Shown one piece after another: positions 57,361-64,000 of a stretch of 64,000 bases of DNA. The DNA is from Longimicrobiales bacterium. GTDB lineage: Bacteria; Gemmatimonadota; Gemmatimonadetes; Longimicrobiales; Gaopeijiaceae. The position numbers and the translations under genes were made by a program. Under the pieces are notes generated by a model, which ran no database searches, was not told the DNA's origin, and saw only the letters and a list, made by a program, of their open reading frames with translations. The stretch is from assembly GCA_965203485.1 (NCBI GenBank), contig OZ241892.1, positions 608,001 through 672,000 on the forward strand, in the 5' to 3' direction. Numbering within the stretch: position 1 is the stretch's first letter; every line of letters begins with the position of its first letter.

Positions 57361-58742
57361 TCGCGGGTGGTCCGGCGACCGGCGGAGCGCCCCGGGCGCC
57401 GGTATGGACGGTGCGGCAAGTCGCCGAGGCCGCGCGCGGCCTGCTCGAGCGCGAGGCCGGCCACCTTTGGGTGAGGGGCGAGACGGCGAATGTGTACCAA
57501 GCGCCGTCGGGGCACTGGTACTTCACGCTCAAGGACGCGGAGGCCGAGATGGCGTGCGTGCTCTTCCGCTGGGACGCCGAAAGGTTGGCGGCCGGTCCGC
57601 GGAACGGGGCGGGCGTTCGCGTTCTCGGCGGGCTCACGCTGTACGAGCCGAAGGGGCGGTTTCAGCTGCGGGTGCGCCGGATCGAGGCGGAGGGGGCGGG
57701 CGGCGCGTGGAGGCGGCGCTTCGAGGCGTTGCGCCTGAAGCTCGAGCGCGAGGGGCTGATCGATCCGGAGCGGCGGCGTCCGCTGCCGCGCTTTCCGCGC
57801 GTGGTCGGCGTGGTGACGTCGCCGTCCGGGGCGGCGCTCCGCGACTTGGTCTCGGTGCTGGGCCGGCGGGCTCCATGGGTGCGGCTGCTCGTCCGAGGCA
57901 CGAGAGTGCAGGGCGAAGGAGCGGCGGCCGAGATCGCGGACGCGCTGCGCGTGCTCGGCGCTCGGCGCCCGGACGTGATCGTGGTGGCGAGAGGCGGCGG
58001 ATCCGAAGAGGATCTTTGGAGCTTCAACGAGGAGGAGGTGGCGCGGGCAGTCGCCTCGTGCTCGGCGCCGGTGGTGTCGGGAGTCGGGCACGAGACCGAC
58101 GTGACGATCTGCGATCTCGTGGCGGACCTGCGGGCGGCCACGCCGTCGGCGGCCGCGGAGGCGGTGGCTCCCGACCGCGAATCCGTCGCGCAGCGCCTGG
58201 ACGAGCGAGCCGCGAGACTGGCGAAGGGGCTGGCGGGCAAGGCTCGCTTGGCGCGGACGCGGCTGGAAGCGGGGCGCCGCGAGCTGCGACGGCGGGGCTG
58301 GCGTCTGGGCGCCGGTCAGCGGGCGCGTCTCGCCGGGCTCCGGCCGCGTCTGGCGGGCGCCTCGCGCCGGCGGATCTCCCTGGAGGTGCGGCGCCTGGGC
58401 GGATTGCGCGCCCGGCTGGCGGACGCGCCGCGCGGCCCGATCGAGGCGAAGAAGGCGGGCCTGCGGCGAGGCGAGTCGAGGATGCGCGACCGGGTCGTCG
58501 CGCTGAAGGACGGCAGGCAGGCTTCGTTGGCCCGGGCGGCGGCCGCCTTGCGGGCGCTCTCTCCGCTGGGAACGCTGCGGCGGGGCTTTGCGATCCCGCT
58601 GGACCCGGAAGGCGCGGCGTTGCGGCGGGCCGGCGACTTCGCGGCGGGCCTGCGCTTCACCTTGCGCGTGGCCGACGGAAGCGTGCCATGTTCCGTGCTC
58701 GCGACCGAAGCCGTGGCCCCTGAGCCGGAGATCGACGAATGA
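57357..58742 (+). CDS. xseA: Exodeoxyribonuclease VII large subunit
   Basis: [49 protein letters not shown]. Confidence 0.95.
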   Translation: MIAGGPATGGAPRAPVWTVRQVAEAARGLLEREAGHLWVRGETANVYQAPSGHWYFTLKDAEAEMACVLFRWDAERLAAGPRNGAGVRVLGGLTLYEPKGRFQLRVRRIEAEGAGGAWRRRFEALRLKLEREGLIDPERRRPLPRFPRVVGVVTSPSGAALRDLVSVLGRRAPWVRLLVRGTRVQGEGAAAEIADALRVLGARRPDVIVVARGGGSEEDLWSFNEEEVARAVASCSAPVVSGVGHETDVTICDLVADLRAATPSAAAEAVAPDRESVAQRLDERAARLAKGLAGKARLARTRLEAGRRELRRRGWRLGAGQRARLAGLRPRLAGASRRRISLEVRRLGGLRARLADAPRGPIEAKKAGLRRGESRMRDRVVALKDGRQASLARAAAALRALSPLGTLRRGFAIPLDPEGAALRRAGDFAAGLRFTLRVADGSVPCSVLATEAVAPEPEIDE

Positions 58743-58996
58743 GCGGCGAACCGGCGGACGCGCCCAGCTTGGAGGCGCGGCTGGCCAGAATCGACGAGAT
58801 CGTCACCGAGCTTGACTCCGATTCCGTGGAGCTGAGCCGGGCCCTGACCCTGTTCGAAGAGGGCATGCAGCACGTCAAGAAAGCCGAGGAGGCGCTCGGG
58901 CAGGCCGAACTTCGCGTGACCGAGCTGGCCGGTCCGGAGGGCGAAGAGGAAGTGGCCTTCGATCCCGAGGACGGCGAGGGCCCGGAAGATTCCTGA
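58739..58996 (+). CDS. xseB: Exodeoxyribonuclease VII small subunit
   Basis: SLEARLARIDEIV...LSRALTLFEEG...AELRV. Confidence 0.92.
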   Translation: MSGEPADAPSLEARLARIDEIVTELDSDSVELSRALTLFEEGMQHVKKAEEALGQAELRVTELAGPEGEEEVAFDPEDGEGPEDS

Positions 58997-59048
58997 CGTC
59001 GCCGCGCACGACGGCCCGGCGGACGCCGCCCGCGCGGCCGCCGCGCCC

Positions 59049-59969
59049 GTGGCGACGAACGGCCCGGCCGGCCCGAACGGGTTTCGCGCCTATGCCGAGC
59101 GCCATCGCCCGGGGATCGAGGCCGCGCTCCAGCGGTGCGTCGCCCGCCTCGCCGCCTGCTTGCCCCCCGGCCTGGCCGCGGCCGCGCGCCACGGGGTGCT
59201 CGGAGGCGGCAAGCGGATACGCCCGTTGCTGCTCTTGACGGCGTACCGTGAACTGGGCGGCCCGCGCCCGCAGGCCGTCCACGAGCTGGCCTGCGCTCCG
59301 GAACTCGTGCACGGCTACTCGCTCATGCACGACGACCTGCCCTTCATGGACGACGCGCCGTTGCGGCGAGGGCGCCCCTCCTGCCATGCCGCGCACGGAG
59401 TGGCCGCAACCGTGGCCGCGGGCGCACTGCTGATACCGTGGGCGGCTCTGTGCGCGTGGGAGGGCGCTAGGAAGGCGGGCGCCGACGACCAGCGCGCGCG
59501 CCGCGTCGCGGCATGCCTGCTGGACGCTGCTGGAGCAGGCGGCATGATCGGGGGACAGGCGCTCGACTTGGAGGCGGAGGGACGAACGCTGGACGAGAGG
59601 CGGCTGGAGTTCCTGCACGATCTCAAGACGGGCAGTCTCATCGCGGCGTCGCTCGTCGCCGGCGCGGTGGCGGCGGGAGCGAACGCGGTCCAGCGGCATG
59701 CGGTCGCCCGCTACGGCCGGTGCGTCGGCTTGGCGTTTCAGGTCATGGACGATGTCCTCGACGCCACGTCTTCCGCTCAGGTGCTGGGCAAGCGCCCGTC
59801 GGACGCGCGGATGGCGAAGTCGACCTACGTGGGTCTGCTGGGTGTGGAGGGCGCCCGCCAGAAGGCGGGCTTGCTGGCCGCCGAGGCGAACCGGGCGCTC
59901 GACGAAGCGCGTGTGGCCGCGCCCAGGCTCCGCGAGGCGGCGCGCTTCGTGGTCGAGCGGCGCCGATGA
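59049..59969 (+). CDS. ispA: Farnesyl/geranylgeranyl diphosphate synthase
   Basis: GGKRIRP, HDDLPFMDD..LRRG, GGQALDL, FQVMDDVLD, KSTY. Confidence 0.92.
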   Translation: MATNGPAGPNGFRAYAERHRPGIEAALQRCVARLAACLPPGLAAAARHGVLGGGKRIRPLLLLTAYRELGGPRPQAVHELACAPELVHGYSLMHDDLPFMDDAPLRRGRPSCHAAHGVAATVAAGALLIPWAALCAWEGARKAGADDQRARRVAACLLDAAGAGGMIGGQALDLEAEGRTLDERRLEFLHDLKTGSLIAASLVAGAVAAGANAVQRHAVARYGRCVGLAFQVMDDVLDATSSAQVLGKRPSDARMAKSTYVGLLGVEGARQKAGLLAAEANRALDEARVAAPRLREAARFVVERRR

Positions 59970-60901
59970 GCGGCGGTCCCTTCAAGCGGATCGCCGTCGT
60001 TGTTCGGCACGTGCCCCGGGCGGACGAGGGCGTCGACCAGGCGCCGGACGGCATGGCGGAAGCCTTGGAGGCGTACCGGCGCATCGCGGGCATCGCGTCC
60101 GACTTCGGCGCGACCGTCGCGGTCGAACCCTCCTTCGCGCCGCTTGCGCCGCAGGCGCCGGTGGCCGACGTGGCGCGCGACGATGTGGATCTGGTGGTCT
60201 CGTTGGGGGGAGACGGAACGCTCCTGCGAGCCGCTCGGTCCGTCTTCGGCCGCGGCGTGCCGATCCTGGGCATCAACCTAGGCCGTTTGGGGTTTCTCAC
60301 CGCCTTGTCTCCCGGCGGGATCGCCGAGGGCGTGCGGCGCATCCTGGGCGGCGGCTACCAAATCGAAGACCGCGTCGCGCTCGAGGCCGAGATCCTCCCT
60401 CGCCGCGACGGGCAGGCTCGTCGCTTCACGGCCCTCAACGACGTGGTGGTGCACAAGGCGGGCGCGGCAAGGGTCGTGCGGCTCGACCTCTGGGCGGGCG
60501 CGGTCCGCGGCCGGGAAGAGGAGATCGGCAGCTTCTCCGGCGACGGCGTCATCCTCTCGACCCCGACCGGCTCGACGGCCTACTCGCTCTCGGCGGGAGG
60601 CCCCATCGTCGCGCCGGAGCTCGACTGCCTGCTGGTGACCCCCATTCTGCCGCACACGCTGGCGGTGCGTCCGCTGGTCGTGCCGGGCAAGGAGACGATC
60701 ACCGTGGCGGCGCTCGACGGCTCCGGACCGCTCTACTTGACCGTGGACGGACAAGAGGGCGTCTCCTTCGCCGCCGCCGCCCGCGTCTCGGTGCGCATCG
60801 GAGAGGCCAGGACGCGCCTCGTGCGCTTGCCGGGACATTCCTTCTTCGCGACGCTGCGCCAGAAGCTGAGTTGGGCGGTGCGCCCGGTGGCGGGAAGCTG
60901 A
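59966..60901 (+). CDS. nadK: NAD kinase
   Basis: GGDGT, INLGRLGFL, LNDVV, STPTGSTAYSLSAGGP. Confidence 0.95.
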   Translation: MSGGPFKRIAVVVRHVPRADEGVDQAPDGMAEALEAYRRIAGIASDFGATVAVEPSFAPLAPQAPVADVARDDVDLVVSLGGDGTLLRAARSVFGRGVPILGINLGRLGFLTALSPGGIAEGVRRILGGGYQIEDRVALEAEILPRRDGQARRFTALNDVVVHKAGAARVVRLDLWAGAVRGREEEIGSFSGDGVILSTPTGSTAYSLSAGGPIVAPELDCLLVTPILPHTLAVRPLVVPGKETITVAALDGSGPLYLTVDGQEGVSFAAAARVSVRIGEARTRLVRLPGHSFFATLRQKLSWAVRPVAGS

Positions 60902-60991
60902 CTGGGCCCGGCGGGCTCGGCGGCGCCCCGCGCCCCCGCCGCCCCATCCCGCCATGTTCACGTCCCGGGCGCCGCCCGATCTTTGTCGTCC

Positions 60992-62683
60992 ATGCTGGTT
61001 GAACTGCGGATCCGAAACTTCGCCGTGCTTGAAGAGCTGACGATCCCGCTGTCCCCCGGGCTGAACGCCGTCACCGGCGAGACGGGGGCGGGCAAGTCGG
61101 TGATCGTGCGCGCGCTTGCCCTGCTCTTGGGCGGGCGGGCGTCCGCGGGCGCGGTGCGCAGCGGCCGGGAGCGGGCGCTGATCGAAGGCGTGGCCGACGT
61201 GCGGGCCGTCCCCGCCGCGGAGGCGCGCCTCGGCGAACTGGGCTTCGAGGCCGAGGACGGGCAGGTCGTGATTCGCCGCGAAGTTCGAAGCGGGGGCCGA
61301 AGCCGCGCCTGGATCAACGGATCGCCCGCCACGGCCGGCAACCTGAAGCACGTGGGCGAGGCGCTGGTCGACCTGCACGGACAGCACGATCATCAGCGCT
61401 TGCTCTCGTCCGCGTTTCAGCGCGCGGTGCTGGACGCCTACGGCGGCTCGGGCGAGCTGGCGCGCGAGGTGGAGGCTCTGTTCCGCGACGCCGAACGTCT
61501 CCAAGCCGCGCTCGGCGCCAAGGAGGCGCGCGGCCGCGAACTCGAGGTGCGCGCCGCGGTCGTCCGCCGCGAGCTGGAGGAGATAAGGGGCGCCGAGCTG
61601 CGAGTCGGCGAGGAGGCGGAGCTGAGGGCGGACGAGGTCCGCTTGGCCAGCGCGGAGACTCTAGCCGAGGAGAGCAGCGCGCTCCACGATCTCCTGCACG
61701 GAGGAGACGGCGCCCTCACGGACCGGCTCGCCCAGGCCGGCCGACGGCTCGAACGCCTTGCGGAGACCGACCCGGCGGGACTGTCTTCGCTGGCAGGCGC
61801 GGTTCGCGACGCCTACCACGCGGTGGCCGACGCGGCCTCCGAGCTGGCCAGCTACTCCGCCGCCGTCGACCACGACCCGTTGCGCCTGGAACGCATTCGC
61901 GAACGCCAGGCGGCGTTGCAGACCCTCAAGCGCAAGCACGGCGGCTCGCTGGAGGAGGTCGTCGCCAAGGGCGAGACCCTGGCCCGCGAGATCGACGAGC
62001 TGGACGCGTCCGGCCTGGACTTGCGCGAGCTGCGGGCCCGCTTGGCCAAGGCTTGGGCCGCTTGGCGCGAAGCATCCGCCCGGCTGACGCGCCGCCGAAC
62101 CCGGGCGGCCCAGCGCCTCTCGGAGAAGACCGAGGCCCTGTTCGCCGGACTGGGCCTGGAGGGCGGCCGCTTCTCGGTGCGCTTGGCCAGACGCGACGCG
62201 CCGTCGGCGCAGGGACGGGAGCACGTCGGCTTCATGGCCACCATGAACCCCGGCTTCCCGCCGGGGCCGCTGGCCCGCATTGCCTCGGGCGGCGAGCTGT
62301 CGAGGGTGATGCTGGCGCTCAAGTCGGTCCTCGCGGGCGCCGACGACCTGCCGACGCTGGTCTTCGACGAGATAGACGCGGGGATCGGCGGCGCGGTGGC
62401 GAGCCGGGTCGGCGATCAGCTGCGCGCCGTGGCCCGGGGGCGGCAAGTCGTCGTCGTCACGCACTTGGCGCGCATCGCCAGCCGCGCTTCCTGCCACTTG
62501 GTCGTGCACAAGGACGCCTCCGTCGATGTCGCATCCACGTCCGTCCGCCGCGCGAGCCGCGGCGACCGCGTGCGCGAGATCGCGCGAATGCTGGGCGGCG
62601 ATCCGTGCTCCGAGCCATCGTTGGAGCACGCTCGGGCGTTGCTGGAAGAAGCGCGGACCGGGACCGGCGGCGAGCGGGGCTGA
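60992..62683 (+). CDS. recN: DNA repair protein RecN
   Basis: TGETGAGKS, LHGQHDHQ, ASGGELSR, FDEIDAG, VTHL, EIARML. Confidence 0.95.
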   Translation: MLVELRIRNFAVLEELTIPLSPGLNAVTGETGAGKSVIVRALALLLGGRASAGAVRSGRERALIEGVADVRAVPAAEARLGELGFEAEDGQVVIRREVRSGGRSRAWINGSPATAGNLKHVGEALVDLHGQHDHQRLLSSAFQRAVLDAYGGSGELAREVEALFRDAERLQAALGAKEARGRELEVRAAVVRRELEEIRGAELRVGEEAELRADEVRLASAETLAEESSALHDLLHGGDGALTDRLAQAGRRLERLAETDPAGLSSLAGAVRDAYHAVADAASELASYSAAVDHDPLRLERIRERQAALQTLKRKHGGSLEEVVAKGETLAREIDELDASGLDLRELRARLAKAWAAWREASARLTRRRTRAAQRLSEKTEALFAGLGLEGGRFSVRLARRDAPSAQGREHVGFMATMNPGFPPGPLARIASGGELSRVMLALKSVLAGADDLPTLVFDEIDAGIGGAVASRVGDQLRAVARGRQVVVVTHLARIASRASCHLVVHKDASVDVASTSVRRASRGDRVREIARMLGGDPCSEPSLEHARALLEEARTGTGGERG

Positions 62684-62896
62684 AATCAAACCGGGCGTTG
62701 GCCTTCGACGAACGGGTCGCACCCCTGGCCTCCGGCGCGCGAAGCTTGCCGGACGATCGACGACGCGATTCGTGGAGGTCGCGACTGGCGACCCGGGAGA
62801 GGCTTGGCCACGACGCCGTCTCGGGCGGGTGGGCACCGACGATCTTCATGCGGCGGGCGGTCTCGGGCCGGCCGCGCGGCGCGCCGGCGCAACGCA

Positions 62897-64000
62897 TCAT
62901 GGCGCCCTGTCGGGGCTTGACGCCCGCCCGGCGCCCCAAATGCCGGCCTGGAACCGCAGGCGCACTTCGAACGTTCCCGTCTTCGGGACGATGCCTCGGC
63001 CCGCCAAGAGCCGCCGGTACGCGACCCGGACGTCGGTAGGCCACAACGGAGATCCGGAGGGGGACGCCGAGCGCCGAAAAACGCCGGCGACGTGGATGCG
63101 GCTCGACGTGACGGCACTGCCGTGGCTGAGCACGGAGGGGTCGAGCGCGTCGGCGGCGGGCGCGTCGTCGCCTGCGGCCAGGGAGAACGCGTCGCGGCCC
63201 TTGCGGAAGAACTGGTAGCCGACGAGCGCCGTGAGATCGTCGGCCAGGCGAAACCACGGAGTGGCCGCGGCCATCTGGTAGTCGCCGGGATTCCAGCGAA
63301 GGCGGCGCTGGACGCTGGCGGGAGCGACCGGGTAGTAGGGATCGAAGACTCTGCGGGTGGTCGTGCCTTCCAGCTGCAGGCCGTAGCGCGCGTCGACCCA
63401 GACGCCGAAGCGGGTGCGCCAGCCCGCGTTGGCCCATCCGCGCAGCACGAGGTCCGTCTGAGCGTCGCCGGAGGGTTCGTCCAGGAAGTTGGCGGGATCG
63501 TCGCGCGCCCCGGTCGGCAGCCGCGCCGTCACGCCGGCGCCGACCGCAACTCTGAAGATCGCGTTCGCGTCGCCCGTTTCCCACAGCCTCGCGTCGGCCC
63601 GCACTTCGACGTCGCCGAGAGCCCAAAGCGACGTCCATTGCGCCAGCGGGTGGGAGGCGCCGATGCCGAGGGAGGGATCCGTCACCAGGCGCTGAAGTTC
63701 TTCCGAGTCGAGCGGGGAAGACGCGAGCGGGACGGACGTCGGCGGGCCGGCGACTCCAGCCGCCCGAAACGCTTCGGCCAGAGCCGCCAGGCGAGCGTGA
63801 ATGGCCGTGCCCGGCGCCGATCCCGCCAGCGGGGCCACGGGGCTCTCATACATGGTCGAGAGGGCGTCGTGCAGTTGCTCGGCGCCAGCCAGCCGGGCCG
63901 TCGCGTCGAGACACGTGGCGCTGCCTGGATCGGCGGCGCACGCCGAGGCCCGGAAGTTTCCGTACGCGCCGATAGCGCCGCCGAGTCGGGCAAGGAACGC
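62897..64000 (-). CDS. Hypothetical protein, possibly outer-membrane beta-barrel (partial, runs off window)
   Basis: The frame of ORF 62897..63853 stays open to 64000. LGDVEV...RLPTG and alternating-polarity strands. Confidence 0.55.
   Translation of the reverse strand, partial: AFLARLGGAIGAYGNFRASACAADPGSATCLDATARLAGAEQLHDALSTMYESPVAPLAGSAPGTAIHARLAALAEAFRAAGVAGPPTSVPLASSPLDSEELQRLVTDPSLGIGASHPLAQWTSLWALGDVEVRADARLWETGDANAIFRVAVGAGVTARLPTGARDDPANFLDEPSGDAQTDLVLRGWANAGWRTRFGVWVDARYGLQLEGTTTRRVFDPYYPVAPASVQRRLRWNPGDYQMAAATPWFRLADDLTALVGYQFFRKGRDAFSLAAGDDAPAADALDPSVLSHGSAVTSSRIHVAGVFRRSASPSGSPLWPTDVRVAYRRLLAGRGIVPKTGTFEVRLRFQAGIWGAGRASSPDRAP

Overview
A very GC-rich bacterial chromosome segment. 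Gene content and order suggest Gemmatimonadota, possibly host-associated, but this is inference. Left end: the 3' end of rpmE, then folE2, a MazG-like gene, a squalene synthase-like gene, mog, a stand-alone Zn-free rpsN, a DUF4015 glycoside hydrolase and tRNA-Ala(UGC), followed by a four-gene cytochrome c operon. From about 9.4 to 21.6 kb lies a defence-type accessory region. It holds an uncharacterised nuclease-like/helical gene pair split by an intact IS3, and a type III R-M operon (res, Panacea-like fusion, DUF2335, mod, mntA, hepT) whose mod gene is out of frame at a G24 tract. From 21.6 to 29.6 kb is a PPTase/YfhO/ACP/deacetylase/acyltransferase/flippase-like/FkbH cluster with a second poly-G tract (G22), a candidate phase-variable surface-glycan glyceroylation system. 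Next come exported hydrolases, a polyamine-type ABC operon with a degenerate 61-bp-period CRISPR-like array inside it, and an SSS transporter. The window ends with a core block, infC-rpmI-rplT-pheST-zapBA-(soxCD)-rny-folD-xseAB-ispA-nadK-recN. All product calls come from motif recognition by eye; no database searches were run, and several start codons are uncertain.
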